Program-made: the position numbers and the translations under genes | Assembly: GCA_903900335.1 (NCBI GenBank) | Contig: CAIUMP010000021.1 | Coordinates: 44,075-108,074 of the forward strand | DNA from: an uncultured Ignavibacteriota bacterium | GTDB lineage: Bacteria; Bacteroidota; Ignavibacteria; Palsa-1295 | Direction of reading: 5' to 3' | DNA: 64,000 bases | The notes under the pieces: generated by a model | Told to the model about the DNA's origin: nothing | Databases searched by the model: none | The model's input: only the letters and a program-made list of their open reading frames with translations | Shown: positions 52,448-63,398 of the stretch, one piece after another | Layout of the letters: each line of letters opens with the position of its first letter | Numbering within the stretch: the stretch's first letter is position 1

Positions 52448-55400
52448 ATGAGCTTTGATACATCATCGCGTCTCACTCGCGGCGGGCAATTCGTTGTTTC
52501 CGCCGCGTTCTTATTCATGTTGCAACTTGCGGCATTCTTCTCTCCTGCGAAAGCGGGCTACTGGCAGCAGCATGTCAGCTACGAGATCAGTGCAACGCTC
52601 ATTGACTCCATTCACACGCTCGACGGATCCCTTACGGTAGCGTATGGAAATAACTCGCCGGACACGCTTAAGGAAATCTATTTCCACCTCTACTCAAATG
52701 CCTTCCAGCCTGGGAGCATGATGGATGAGCGCGCGCGGCAGCTACACAGCAATCCCGTGCAAGACCGGATCAGTAAGCTACCGGAATCGGAGCGCGGGGT
52801 GTACGTGATCCGTGGGGTATCGTCGGAGGGTACAGCGGCGGATTTCGAAGTCACTGGCACCATCATGCGAGTGAGCCTGCCCAAGCCTTTGCCACCCGGC
52901 GGCTCCATCCGAATCATGATACCTTTTCGGGAACAGATACCGCGACAAACACGGAGGAGCGGTTGGATGTCGCATGAAGGGGTAGAGTATTCCATGTCGC
53001 AGTGGTATCCGAAGGTTGCGGAGTATGATCAGGAAGGTTGGCATCGACAGGAATATGTATCACATGAGTTTTATGGGGTGTGGGGTGATTTTACCGTCGA
53101 TCTCACACTGCCATCTCGTTTTACCGTCGGTGCGACCGGGGAGTGCATGAACCCATTGCAAGTTGGGCATGGCTATGACCGCATTGCAAAAGGGGAGAAA
53201 GAGGGACTTGTCCGAGCAGGTGAGGAAGGCGAGTCGAAGCAAACAATCTGGCGATTTCATGCATCGAATGTCCATGATTTCGCGTGGGTCGCGGACGATG
53301 ATTACATTCACGAGTGGACAACGTGGCAGGATACGATCACGCTTCACGCATTTTACAAGAGCAGATTTGCGCCCTTCTGGATCAAGTCAGCGCTTGAATA
53401 TACTAAGCGGTCGCTTGCAATTTATAGCGAGGTATTTGGGCCCTATGCCTACCGTAATTTTTCGACAACGATGGCAGGCGATGGCGGAATGGAGTACCCG
53501 CAGCTTATCATGATCACGGGATATCGTCCGTCCGTGCTCTCAATGGCAGGGGTGATAGCCCACGAAGTTGGACATCAATGGTTCTATGGAATGCTCGGCT
53601 CAAACGAAACGCGCGAGGCATTTATGGATGAGGGCTTCACGAGCTATGCGACGACGCTTGCCATGAATCGGATGTTCGGAGATCATCAGGTTGTCCCCGG
53701 GGCCGAGCATTCATGGCTTGATTGGTTCATCCCTCAGTTCAGTAATAAGCGCGATAACTATCGCGGCTATCAGCAGATCGCTTCACAACAATACGAAGAG
53801 CCTCTGGACATTCCGCATGATTGGCTCAGGGAGGATGCAACAGGTGGACAAGTTTATGGCAAGACGCAGGCTGTGCTAACCATGCTGGAGTACGCACTTG
53901 GCAACGACGTCTTTGCTAAAGGGATGAAGGAGTACTACGCTACATGGCATTTTAAACACCCCCATCTCGTCGATTTCAAAAAAGTGATGGAGCGGGTGGC
54001 GCACACGGACCTCGATTGGTTTTTCGACGAGTGGTTTCGTAGCACACGCAGTCTGGATTACGAGGCAAAGGATGTGACCTCGATTTCTTCCGGGGCTGCA
54101 TTCGAAACAACGATCAGGCTCCGCAACAACGCTCTGGGTGTAATGCCGCTGGATCTGCTGTTGCACTATGACGACGGCACGGAGTCTTCTGCTCTGATTC
54201 CACTCGCGACAAATAAGGATCTTACCTATAACAAACCAGGTGTCAATCTGTATTTTCCAGGATGGGACTGGGTGAGTCCGGATTACGCCGGAATGGTGAG
54301 GACTCCGAAGCGAGTTTCCTGGTTCGAGATCGACACATCCTGGCGGTTGCAGGATCTGAACTGGTCGAATAATTTCAGTGCGCGGAGCGGTCTTTGGTCC
54401 CCCCCTGGTGAGTGGGCGGTATGGAAGCAGCTGTTTGCTAATCCACCGCTTGATGAGTATTATTCCGTCCTTCGACCGATTATCTGGTATGAGGAATCAT
54501 CCAGGATTGACGCAGGTATCGGCATGAAGTTCGGCATGAACAACAGTTACTCTGGCGATGTGAAGCTGCTCTACAAAGTCGATCCCTCACATGATGTGGG
54601 TGTCATGGATTGGTCCGACCATGTGGAAGGAAAGTTGTACTATTCATCCCCTGTCGATTGGATTGGAAGACTTGGCTCGATAGCCTTCGATGCGGAGAAA
54701 ATGTATGGAATTGGTACGCTGAGGGCAGCCCTAGCGAAAGTTTTCCGTCCGACATACTGGAGACTTGGTAGTGATCATAGCGCTCAGCTCTATATTGAAA
54801 GCCAGAAGTTACTCGACCCCAGTTATTCTTCCTTTCATTCTGGGTGGTCCGCGGGTACCGTACAGGTCGGTGGATTGCAATACTCAATCGCAGGGGAAAC
54901 ACCTAGCGAGGGATTAAAACTGCTTGGAGAGACGAGCCTCTGGAGTTCAGATGCGAAGTTTGCACGGATGAAGGCCGAGTATATCACAAACTTTGGCACA
55001 TTGCGGGGGGCTGATTCCCGCTTGCGGATCGCGGCCGGAAGTGCGACAAATGGAACGCCGGTCGAGCGACAGTTCTATGTCGATCGCGCAAACAATTACG
55101 AGGAGCAGTCGAGTGGATTGTTCCGTGCAGTCAGCGGAATTGATCGCACAATCGGTGACAAGTCTGGAATGCTTGTGGAAGGCGGCGCGGGAGCGCGAGG
55201 GTACGCCCGCGGCGACAGCGGAGTTAACAATAGCGCTCTCGTAGGTACGCAGATGCTCGGGATAAGCTATGACATTGGGCTGCCGAATCCTCTCGCATCG
55301 TTGGGTCATTTTCCTTCTACATTCGGGTTTGGATTGTTTGCTGACGCAGGCTGGGTGGGTACAGACGTGTCAGATTTTTGGAGCGACTTTCGTTCAAATC

Positions 55401-55594
55401 TGAGGACCGATGCAGGGCTCAAGATCGGCATTAATGTGCTTTCCTGGCTTCCAGCGCAGCTGCGCGGAGTTGCGGAGGAGTACGCATCAATACCAACAGT
55501 AAATGTATTTCTTCCTTTGTATGAAAATCATCCGCTTGATGGAAAAAAGCCGATTGATTTTCGTTGGACTGTTTCGCTCGGTGCTAAATTCTAA
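52448..55594 (+). CDS. Exported M1 family metallopeptidase with C-terminal beta-barrel-like region
   Basis: YWQQ, QWYPK, VHDFAW, GGMEYP, HEVGHQWFYG..MDEG; C-terminal ARGY, FADAG, terminal VSLGAKF. Confidence 0.88.
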   Translation: MSFDTSSRLTRGGQFVVSAAFLFMLQLAAFFSPAKAGYWQQHVSYEISATLIDSIHTLDGSLTVAYGNNSPDTLKEIYFHLYSNAFQPGSMMDERARQLHSNPVQDRISKLPESERGVYVIRGVSSEGTAADFEVTGTIMRVSLPKPLPPGGSIRIMIPFREQIPRQTRRSGWMSHEGVEYSMSQWYPKVAEYDQEGWHRQEYVSHEFYGVWGDFTVDLTLPSRFTVGATGECMNPLQVGHGYDRIAKGEKEGLVRAGEEGESKQTIWRFHASNVHDFAWVADDDYIHEWTTWQDTITLHAFYKSRFAPFWIKSALEYTKRSLAIYSEVFGPYAYRNFSTTMAGDGGMEYPQLIMITGYRPSVLSMAGVIAHEVGHQWFYGMLGSNETREAFMDEGFTSYATTLAMNRMFGDHQVVPGAEHSWLDWFIPQFSNKRDNYRGYQQIASQQYEEPLDIPHDWLREDATGGQVYGKTQAVLTMLEYALGNDVFAKGMKEYYATWHFKHPHLVDFKKVMERVAHTDLDWFFDEWFRSTRSLDYEAKDVTSISSGAAFETTIRLRNNALGVMPLDLLLHYDDGTESSALIPLATNKDLTYNKPGVNLYFPGWDWVSPDYAGMVRTPKRVSWFEIDTSWRLQDLNWSNNFSARSGLWSPPGEWAVWKQLFANPPLDEYYSVLRPIIWYEESSRIDAGIGMKFGMNNSYSGDVKLLYKVDPSHDVGVMDWSDHVEGKLYYSSPVDWIGRLGSIAFDAEKMYGIGTLRAALAKVFRPTYWRLGSDHSAQLYIESQKLLDPSYSSFHSGWSAGTVQVGGLQYSIAGETPSEGLKLLGETSLWSSDAKFARMKAEYITNFGTLRGADSRLRIAAGSATNGTPVERQFYVDRANNYEEQSSGLFRAVSGIDRTIGDKSGMLVEGGAGARGYARGDSGVNNSALVGTQMLGISYDIGLPNPLASLGHFPSTFGFGLFADAGWVGTDVSDFWSDFRSNLRTDAGLKIGINVLSWLPAQLRGVAEEYASIPTVNVFLPLYENHPLDGKKPIDFRWTVSLGAKF

Positions 55595-56469
55595 GTCGGG
55601 AGGGACGCACGCAGCGCGTCCCTTCGGAGATGTTCTAACGCCAGCTTCAGGGCGCTCCGTGATGGACAAGGAACGTTCGGGATGACACCGACGCCTTCCC
55701 AGTTGGTGTTGCTGATCGGATTGATAGTTTCTGCGAATGGAACGGTGAGAGTCAAGTTGTCCGTGATTGGATGGCGGCGGGAGGGATGCGCTCCGCCACG
55801 CGTTGTTTCGCCAATGATCGTGGCTCGCCCCAATTGCTGCAGGTTGTACGCGAATTCCTCCGCGGCAGAGAATGTCTTCTTGTTGACCAGTACACAGAGC
55901 GGTTTATCAGCCAAGGGATGCGAAACGTTAGCGAATCCACCCGGCAGTTCTTCCCGAGTCCAGCTGTCACCGGAGAGATGTATAGTACGACCACGATAGT
56001 TCGCAAGCCGTATTGCAGGAGGATCAAGCAGATAACTCGTCGCAAGCGCAACGCTTGCACCATCTCCGCCTGGGTTATTGCGAATGTCAATAATGAGTGA
56101 TCGAGCTGAAGCGGCAAGCCGGAATGCTTCGGCAATTTCTTGGGCAGTTGTGCCACGATCTGGGCGAATTGCAGGGAAGCGAGCGAGCTTTATCAAAGCG
56201 ATACCACGCTCGACGAAGGTGCATTTCGCCACAGGCAAACTAACCTCTCGGTTTGACCTGGTGCGAACGTCCAAGCGTAAATGCAAGTCATTGCTCATCG
56301 CGAAGAAGTCGCGATTCAGCAGGTCCGAGAATTGCCGATCGCTATTGGCTACCGCGTACTTCCCCGAATGGAAGCGGAGGAAGTCGGCATACTCGTGCGC
56401 CCGATCTGCGGAGAAGTAATGCTCCTCGATCAGCTCGGCAATGTATCCGATTAATCGTTCGTATGCCAA
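55591..56469 (-). CDS. S41 family peptidase (IRBP-like)
   Basis: DLHL, LIIDIRNNPGG, TFSAAEEFAY, IIGETTRGGA, NWEGVGVIP. Confidence 0.9.
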   Translation of the reverse strand: MAYERLIGYIAELIEEHYFSADRAHEYADFLRFHSGKYAVANSDRQFSDLLNRDFFAMSNDLHLRLDVRTRSNREVSLPVAKCTFVERGIALIKLARFPAIRPDRGTTAQEIAEAFRLAASARSLIIDIRNNPGGDGASVALATSYLLDPPAIRLANYRGRTIHLSGDSWTREELPGGFANVSHPLADKPLCVLVNKKTFSAAEEFAYNLQQLGRATIIGETTRGGAHPSRRHPITDNLTLTVPFAETINPISNTNWEGVGVIPNVPCPSRSALKLALEHLRRDALRASLPT

Positions 56470-56481
56470 GGTCGGACGAAT

Positions 56482-58590
56482 CTATTTGGATGCGGTGTGA
56501 CCGCCGTGCCGTGCAAATCGTGATTGCAAATCCTGCAGCTCCCGTTGAGCCTCGATCGGATCTTGAAGTAGCTTTTCAGCTATACGGGCAATGTACGCAG
56601 CAGTGAATCCAAAGCTCTCCAGTATCTTTTCATAAGGCGCCGATGCACCGAAGTGATCGACTGAAAGTGAAGCACCAGACGGCCCGACCCATCGCTCCCA
56701 ACCAAACGAGACTCCAAGCTCGATGGATAGACGACACGAAACGTCCGAAGGCAGCACAAGTTCTCGGTAGGACTGTGGTTGCTCTTCGAAGAACTCCCAA
56801 CAAGGCATACTGACGACGCGTGTCATCAGGCCTTTCTCTTCAAGAATGATCTGTGCTTCGAGCGCGAGATGCACTTCAGAGCCAGTCGCGATGAGAATTA
56901 TCTCCGGGGCACTCATTGCGTCCGATAGAATGTAGGCACCCCTTGCCAGCCCTTCCGCTTTTGCGTAGTTGTCCTGGTCGATGACGGGTAGCTTTTGCCG
57001 CGATAAGGCAATTCCCGCTGGCCCGGTCAGCTTCATCAAACATCGCCACGCTTGGACGGTCTCGTTCGCATCTGCGGGACGGATGATCGCGAAGTTCGGC
57101 ATCGCACGAAGCGACATTAAGTGCTCGACGGGTTGATGTGTGGGTCCATCTTCACCGAGCCCGACGCTATCGTGCGTCCAAACAAATCGCGAGGGAAGAT
57201 TCATGATTGCACTCAGCCGCACAGAGCCGCGCATGTAATCGCTGAACGTGAAAAACGTGGAGCCACTTGGATGAACACCGCCATGTGCCGCCATACCATT
57301 TATTATCGCACCCATCGCGTGTTCGCGAATACCGAAGTTGATGGTCCTCCCGCTGTACGTTCCACCCTTGAGAGGACTTGGCTCGAAATCATCCCACGAT
57401 TCGAGCTTTGTAAACGTGGACTCGTTAAGATCGGCCGAACCGCTCATCATTGTGGGTATTCGCCCCGCGAGAACATTCATGATCTTGCCACCGATCGTGC
57501 GCGTCGCAATAGGTCCATCACTCGTCTTGTACACGGGCAGATCCGCTTCCCAGCCATTGGGCAGTACGTCCCGAATGGCATCATCCAATGCAAGCGAAAG
57601 CTCGGGCAGAGCGCTCGCATAATTAGCAATGTTGTTGTGCCAATGCTTGTGAGCATCGATGCCTCGCATAGCAGCTGCGGCGAAGACCGGAATCACCTCA
57701 TTAGGAACTAGGAAAGTAGGAGCGAGCGGCCAACCGAGATGCTCTTTCGTCAACGCAACTTCTGCTTTGCCAAGCGGACTTCCGTGTGCCTTGCTTGTAT
57801 CCTGCTTATTCGGGCTTCCGTAACCGATATGTGTATGGCACACGATCAGGGTTGGCTTATCAAGCACGGACTTCGCGATTCGAATCGCATGATCGACGGC
57901 ATCTACATCATTCGGGTTCGGGACGTCGATGACATGCCAATGATAGGCCTCAAAACGTTTGCTTACATCTTCGGTAAATGCGATATTAGTACTGCCGTCA
58001 ATCGTGATCTTGTTGTCATCATAAAAGGCGATGAGCTTTCCTAGTTGCAGGTGACCTGCGAGCGACGCCGCCTCGCTCGTGATACCTTCCTCCATGCAGC
58101 CATCACCCGCAAAAACATAGGTGAAGTGCCCAATAACTTCGTGGTCTGCTTGGTTAAACGTGCTCGCAAGAAATTGCTCGGCAATTGCCATCCCAACTGC
58201 ATTTGCGAAGCCCTGCCCAAGAGGCCCTGTGGTTACCTCAATGCCAGGGGTCTCGCCGCGTTCGGGGTGACCGGGCGTTTTCGAACCCCACTGGCGGAAT
58301 TGTTTGAGATCGTCAATGGAGACATCATAACCACACAGATGCAATAGCGCATAGTGAAGCATAGATGCATGGCCGTTTGATAGGATGAAGCGGTCACGGT
58401 TGAACCAGCTAGGATCCTTTGGATCGAACGTGAGGTGTTTTGTCCAAAGAGTGTACGCGATCGGTGCCAGCCCCATCGGAGCACCAGGATGACCGCTGTT
58501 CGCCTTCTCGACGGCATCGACGGCCAAGAAGCGAATGGTGTTGATGCAGAGTTGGTCGAGGGATTCAGGCGTCTGAGGTGTGTTGTTCAT
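56482..58590 (-). CDS. tkt: Transketolase
   Basis: [60 protein letters not shown]. Start at ATG 58590. Confidence 0.98.
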   Translation of the reverse strand: MNNTPQTPESLDQLCINTIRFLAVDAVEKANSGHPGAPMGLAPIAYTLWTKHLTFDPKDPSWFNRDRFILSNGHASMLHYALLHLCGYDVSIDDLKQFRQWGSKTPGHPERGETPGIEVTTGPLGQGFANAVGMAIAEQFLASTFNQADHEVIGHFTYVFAGDGCMEEGITSEAASLAGHLQLGKLIAFYDDNKITIDGSTNIAFTEDVSKRFEAYHWHVIDVPNPNDVDAVDHAIRIAKSVLDKPTLIVCHTHIGYGSPNKQDTSKAHGSPLGKAEVALTKEHLGWPLAPTFLVPNEVIPVFAAAAMRGIDAHKHWHNNIANYASALPELSLALDDAIRDVLPNGWEADLPVYKTSDGPIATRTIGGKIMNVLAGRIPTMMSGSADLNESTFTKLESWDDFEPSPLKGGTYSGRTINFGIREHAMGAIINGMAAHGGVHPSGSTFFTFSDYMRGSVRLSAIMNLPSRFVWTHDSVGLGEDGPTHQPVEHLMSLRAMPNFAIIRPADANETVQAWRCLMKLTGPAGIALSRQKLPVIDQDNYAKAEGLARGAYILSDAMSAPEIILIATGSEVHLALEAQIILEEKGLMTRVVSMPCWEFFEEQPQSYRELVLPSDVSCRLSIELGVSFGWERWVGPSGASLSVDHFGASAPYEKILESFGFTAAYIARIAEKLLQDPIEAQRELQDLQSRFARHGGHTASK

Positions 58591-58701
58591 AGTATCCAAG
58601 ATACGAAGATGTTCGCGTCAGCTCTCGTGTCAGAGGAAAAAGTGCAGTGAATTCTCTGCATGAGTCGAAACCTAAACTGCACTTTGCTCCTTCCGTAGTT
58701 C

Positions 58702-60603
58702 ATGATTCTTCCAGAGAGCCAGGTCGAGCAGATACGCGAGGCGACGAATATCGTTGACCTTGTTTCGGAACACGTCCGGCTAAAGAAACGTGGACGCAAT
58801 TATTCGGGATTGTGCCCTTTCCATAATGAAAAGACACCGTCCTTTAGCGTGCTAGAGGATAAGGGAATTTTTAAATGCTTTGGATGTGGAAAAGGTGGTG
58901 ATGTCTTTTCATTCGTGATGCAAATGGAAGGCCTTACCTTTCCTGAGGCACTTCAGCGACTGGCGAAACGGGCTAATATCGAGATTGAGCAGGTCCAGTC
59001 GGAGGATGAACTGCGCGCCCGCAACCAGCGGGATTCCATCTTTGATGTTCTGAAAGCGGCGGCGACATGGTATTTTAGAACGCTTCGCGTAGCTGATGGC
59101 AAATCCGCAATGGATTATCTGCTTAAGCGCGGGCTGGAGCCTGAGACCATTCGCAAATTCGGTTTGGGTTACGCGCCGGATCGACAGGGGCAACTCATTC
59201 AGACGCTGACCGATCAGGGGTATTCCATCGAATCCATCGAGAATGCTGGTCTCATCACGCGCCGCGAGGGAGGCGAGTGGTTCGAGCGCTTCCGAGGCAG
59301 AGTGATCTTTCCAGTCTTCTCTGCCACTGGAAGAATAGTTGGATTTGGTGGAAGAGTCATGCCTGGAGGAACACACCCAGCGAAGTACATCAACTCACCG
59401 GATACGCAGGTTTATCATAAGTCGCAGATTTTGTACGGACTGTTTCAGGCAAAGGATGCGATCCGGCGGAAGGAATATGCCTTGTTGGTCGAGGGCTATG
59501 CGGATGTTCTTGCAGTTTTCCAGAGCGGGGTAGAGAATGTCGTTGCAGCCTCTGGTACTTCACTGACAACCGAGCAACTTCAGCTGTTGAAGCGATATAC
59601 AAATAATGTCGTGTTGCTCTTTGATGCCGACACGGCGGGTAAGAACGCGGCTATTCGGGGTATAGAATTGGCGATTGAAGCTGGCTTCGACGTGAACACT
59701 GTTGTGCTTCCTGCCGGGGAGGATCCCGACAGCTTCATACGATCGAAAGGCAAGGAGGCGTTCGAGGTCGCGCTCGAGCATCGGCAATCCTGGATCGAGA
59801 CGAAGGCGCAGTGGTTCGAGGAGCACGGGGCTTTCAAAGAGCCGGGACAAATGGCTGCTGCGATCCGCTCTATTGTTGAGACGGTCGCGAAAGTACCCGA
59901 TGCCATCAAGCGCCCTCTTTTTATTCAGAAACTCGGTGACCGTTTTGGATTGAATGAGCAGATGCTGTCGATCGAACTTCAAAAGCTCACACAAGAGCGA
60001 GAGGCGCGTCGGGAGCATAAGAGATTTGAAGAGCCGGCCCAACAGGAATACCCTCCTTTCGACGATGAGGATTACCATCGAGAAATGCCAGTGTCGTCAA
60101 ACGTGCTTCCTCGGCCAGAAGCTGCGATACTGGAAGCAATTATTTCGGATCCAATTGGAGTTTCTCGAGTGATAGATGCAACGGGCCTTGATCTGAATAG
60201 TATCTCACACCACGTTGCTCGCGAGATCATTAGCTATGTCATGCAATTGGCTGAGAGTGGGGAAGCACCGGAGGTGGCGGATCTCTACGCGGCATACCGC
60301 GGACGCACCGAGTACGAGGCGATGCTCGCAGCTCATTCGATGCTGGAGTTTGCGCTCAGCGCAAATTGGGACGAATCGGCAACAACGGCTCATTCTGTCG
60401 CGGTTCGACAGGCAGAGGATGCGATCACGACGCTGGAAACGCAGAAGGCACACTTGGAGCTTTCAAAAACGCAACAACTATTGAAAGCATCTGCGAGTAC
60501 CGATGAAGTGGACGCGATGTTACGGCAAGCTGGTGCACTTGCGCTTCAACGCTTGCGAGGACAACGAGATCCATTGTCGGAACAATCGGCAAATAATTCG
60601 TGA
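58702..60603 (+). CDS. dnaG: DNA primase
   Basis: CPFHNEKTPSF..CFGC zinc ribbon, FRGRVIFP, KYINSP, VEGYADV, FDADTAG, DPD. Confidence 0.98.
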   Translation: MILPESQVEQIREATNIVDLVSEHVRLKKRGRNYSGLCPFHNEKTPSFSVLEDKGIFKCFGCGKGGDVFSFVMQMEGLTFPEALQRLAKRANIEIEQVQSEDELRARNQRDSIFDVLKAAATWYFRTLRVADGKSAMDYLLKRGLEPETIRKFGLGYAPDRQGQLIQTLTDQGYSIESIENAGLITRREGGEWFERFRGRVIFPVFSATGRIVGFGGRVMPGGTHPAKYINSPDTQVYHKSQILYGLFQAKDAIRRKEYALLVEGYADVLAVFQSGVENVVAASGTSLTTEQLQLLKRYTNNVVLLFDADTAGKNAAIRGIELAIEAGFDVNTVVLPAGEDPDSFIRSKGKEAFEVALEHRQSWIETKAQWFEEHGAFKEPGQMAAAIRSIVETVAKVPDAIKRPLFIQKLGDRFGLNEQMLSIELQKLTQEREARREHKRFEEPAQQEYPPFDDEDYHREMPVSSNVLPRPEAAILEAIISDPIGVSRVIDATGLDLNSISHHVAREIISYVMQLAESGEAPEVADLYAAYRGRTEYEAMLAAHSMLEFALSANWDESATTAHSVAVRQAEDAITTLETQKAHLELSKTQQLLKASASTDEVDAMLRQAGALALQRLRGQRDPLSEQSANNS

Positions 60604-61307
60604 AGACAGACCAGTACTTTGACTTGCGCTCGTCGCGTTGGAGCGATCAATACGTGCAAGACGTGCGCTTTCGTCGGCGTTTTGAGCGAATCGCGGAGCT
60701 ACTCACTCGCACACTGCCCACGTCACCTACCAGCGTGCTCGATGCTGGTTGCGGGTCTGGAGTCTTCAGTCGTTTTCTCTCGACTAAGGGGTGGAATGTC
60801 ACAGCGATCGATGCTTCTGTTGAAATGATCGAATCGGCTCGAGGAAACAGCCAGGGAAGCGAGCGGATCAACTACGAAGTCAGTGCGATCGAGTCCTTCA
60901 AAGCAGAGGCGGGGAGCTTCGATGCCATTGTCTCCTTCAGTCTATTGGAATACGTCGAACGTGACGATGACGCCATTGCAAAATTAGCGGGATTGCTCTC
61001 TTCTGATGGAGTGCTTGTAGTGAGTGTCCCGAACCGGAGCGGATTAATACGCAAACTAGAGGGGCTTCTCTTCGGAATTCGTGTCGCAAGCCGCGACCGT
61101 CTCTTCTCAGGACGGGGCGAATACCTTAAGTATCAAAAGAATCAATACTCTCCGTTCGAGTTAGATTTGATGATGCGCGCGCAGGGACTAAAAAAGATGC
61201 GCGGAATATACCTCAATAGCGGGCTTGCAGGGCCATCGTGGGTATTCCCGATCTTGGAGCGGCGCTGGTGGGCGGCGATGTATTGCGCGGCTTATAGAAG
61301 ATCTTAA
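60600..61307 (+). CDS. Class I SAM-dependent methyltransferase
   Basis: VLDAGCGSG, AIDAS, FDAIV..LEYV, VVSVPN; GTGA overlap with dnaG. Confidence 0.88.
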   Translation: MKTDQYFDLRSSRWSDQYVQDVRFRRRFERIAELLTRTLPTSPTSVLDAGCGSGVFSRFLSTKGWNVTAIDASVEMIESARGNSQGSERINYEVSAIESFKAEAGSFDAIVSFSLLEYVERDDDAIAKLAGLLSSDGVLVVSVPNRSGLIRKLEGLLFGIRVASRDRLFSGRGEYLKYQKNQYSPFELDLMMRAQGLKKMRGIYLNSGLAGPSWVFPILERRWWAAMYCAAYRRS

Positions 61308-61384
61308 TTCGAAGGGCTTCCTACCTGTGGTCGGATTTCCGCGTTCGTGGGGAGGACGTTCCAGGGAGGCAAGCTCAGCACGGC

Positions 61385-61813
61385 TTACTGTGCGATCGGG
61401 TACCACTGGTAGAGCATGAAGTAGATTATCACGCCGGTTGCGCTGACGTACAGCCAGATCGGGTAGGTCCATTTCGAGAGTCGCTTATGTTTCTTGAATT
61501 GAGATTTAAGACCGTACCGCAAACTCATCGTAGCAAGAACTGGAACCGTGGCTGCAAGAATTGTATGTGATATCAGCAGCGTGAAATAGATCGGGCGAAT
61601 AATGCCAATTCCACCGAAGTGCAATACGCCGGCGTTGAAATGATATACGAGGTAGGAAACAAGGAAGACACAGGAAGTAGTGAAAGCCGCTATCATCAGT
61701 GCACGATGCTTGACTCGGTCACCGTGCTTGATGCGGTTTCGTGCGATAAGCAACAGGATCGCGCTTGTTCCATTTAGAGTCGCGTTCAGAAGGGGTAGAT
61801 CGTGGATGCTCAT
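61385..61813 (-). CDS. DUF420 domain membrane protein (cytochrome oxidase assembly-associated)
   Basis: LPLLNATLN, HRALM, FLVSYLVYH, LISHTILA, PIWLYVSATG. Confidence 0.9.
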   Translation of the reverse strand: MSIHDLPLLNATLNGTSAILLLIARNRIKHGDRVKHRALMIAAFTTSCVFLVSYLVYHFNAGVLHFGGIGIIRPIYFTLLISHTILAATVPVLATMSLRYGLKSQFKKHKRLSKWTYPIWLYVSATGVIIYFMLYQWYPIAQ

Positions 61814-62436
61814 TGCGTGGCTTCTTCTTTCAAAGCTTGTATGTCGTGCAGAATGATCTTCTTCGATTCATCCTCCAACCCGTTGTAGTAGGCACGAACA
61901 TGTCCCTTCGTGTCTACGAGCACAAAGCGGGGACTGTGCAAGATCGGAGTTGTTTGATCCCCGCCGACTGAATCGACCGGTAAGTGGAAGCCCGTCTTTA
62001 TGACAGTGTAGATTGTCGAGACTGGACCTGTGAGGAATGTCCATCGGGATGGATCTGCACGGTGCATGGCAGCATATTGTGCGAGCGTATCCGGTTGGTC
62101 ATGCGTGGGATCAACACTGAACGAGACGATCTTCACGTCCGGTTGTTCAGCGGTAACCTTCTGCAACTCAAACATTTTCTGAGTCATCAAAGGGCATACA
62201 CTTGCACAGTGGGTAAAGATCAAGTCGGCGAGCCAAACGTGACCGGTAAAAGTTGCGAGCGTGGTGGCGTTTCCACGTTGGTCCGTCAACGTAAATTGTG
62301 GAACGGCACCGTAGTCTTGCAGAGGTTTGTCATGCAGACTCTGCTTCAGCCATTTTGCCAAAGAGAGGGCCGCGACAGCGACCATAGCGATCGCGAGAAA
62401 GGCCCAGAGAATTCGTTGATTGCTTTTGGGATTCAT
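61810..62436 (-). CDS. SCO family copper chaperone
   Basis: N-terminal TM helix; FTHCASVCP (CxxxC), SFSVDP..D, W.FLTG, HS..FVLVD..G.VR. Confidence 0.93.
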   Translation of the reverse strand: MNPKSNQRILWAFLAIAMVAVAALSLAKWLKQSLHDKPLQDYGAVPQFTLTDQRGNATTLATFTGHVWLADLIFTHCASVCPLMTQKMFELQKVTAEQPDVKIVSFSVDPTHDQPDTLAQYAAMHRADPSRWTFLTGPVSTIYTVIKTGFHLPVDSVGGDQTTPILHSPRFVLVDTKGHVRAYYNGLEDESKKIILHDIQALKEEATQ

Positions 62437-62489
62437 TATTGCGGAAAACAAATTCTGGGAGGATAGAGTGCGATTGTCCGCAGCTAGGG

Positions 62490-63398
62490 TCAGCTCTTGT
62501 CAAAAACCATCAACGCAAGCAGAACTGGCAGGTAAATGATAGACGCGAACAGGAGCGTCTTTGCCGTGGTGTTCGAGCGCTCGGTTGCTGTCTTGATGGC
62601 AGCACCTGCAAAACCGATTCCGAGCAAGAGCGCCCCAGCAAAGTAGATGGGGCCGGTCAGCTTCAATAGGGAGGGGAGCAAACTCACCGGTATCAGGACA
62701 AGCGAGTAACTAAGTGCCTGAAACGCCGCACGCGACCCTTGAGGATCAACAACGGTAAGCATTGGAAATCCAGCACGAGCATAGTCTTTACGGTACATCC
62801 ATGCGATAGCGAGGAAGTGGGGTATTTGCCAGAGGAACAGAATTGCAAAGAGCGCCCATCCTTCGATTCCGATCGAACCGCGAACTGCAACCCAGCCGAT
62901 AAGTATGGGAAAGGCCCCGGGTACAGCACCGATCAAGGTAGAGAGATGCGTTTTCTTTTTCAGCGGTGTATAAACGAAGAGATAACCGATGAGGGTACTG
63001 ATCGCAAGTAGGCTTGTTAAGCCGTTCGTAAACAGGTAGAGGTATAGAGCACCAACGATGGAAGTGATGATTCCGAATACGAGGCCGGTCGTGGTTGTCA
63101 TCCTGCCGGACGGAAGCGGCCGGTTCTCCGTACGACGCATGCTGGCGTCCGCGTCGATTTCGAGCACCTGGTTCAATGCGCCGCCGCCACAAGTCACCAG
63201 TGCCGTTCCGAGTAGGGTGTGGATCAAAAGCGGAATGTTCAGCTCGTACGAAGCAAGCCAGAACGAAGTGGCAGTCGTCAAGAGCGCATAAAAACCAATG
63301 CCGGGCTTGGAGAGATCATAGAAATCTCGAAGAAGCTGACGCCAATCAAATGACGGCGTAAGATCAGCAGGATTGTTTGTAGGCAGAGCTGAATCCAT
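62490..63398 (-). CDS. ctaB: Protoheme IX farnesyltransferase (heme O synthase)
   Basis: LSKP, DASMRRTENRPLPSG, YTPLKK, GAVPGA, WQIPHF, DYARAGFPML. Confidence 0.96.
   Translation of the reverse strand: MDSALPTNNPADLTPSFDWRQLLRDFYDLSKPGIGFYALLTTATSFWLASYELNIPLLIHTLLGTALVTCGGGALNQVLEIDADASMRRTENRPLPSGRMTTTTGLVFGIITSIVGALYLYLFTNGLTSLLAISTLIGYLFVYTPLKKKTHLSTLIGAVPGAFPILIGWVAVRGSIGIEGWALFAILFLWQIPHFLAIAWMYRKDYARAGFPMLTVVDPQGSRAAFQALSYSLVLIPVSLLPSLLKLTGPIYFAGALLLGIGFAGAAIKTATERSNTTAKTLLFASIIYLPVLLALMVFDKS

Noticed and set aside
60600-61307. Methyltransferase overlapping dnaG as a replication-linked DNA methylase
   Set aside because: It has only a generic small-molecule class I SAM motif, with no DPPY/NPPY or PC catalytic motif.
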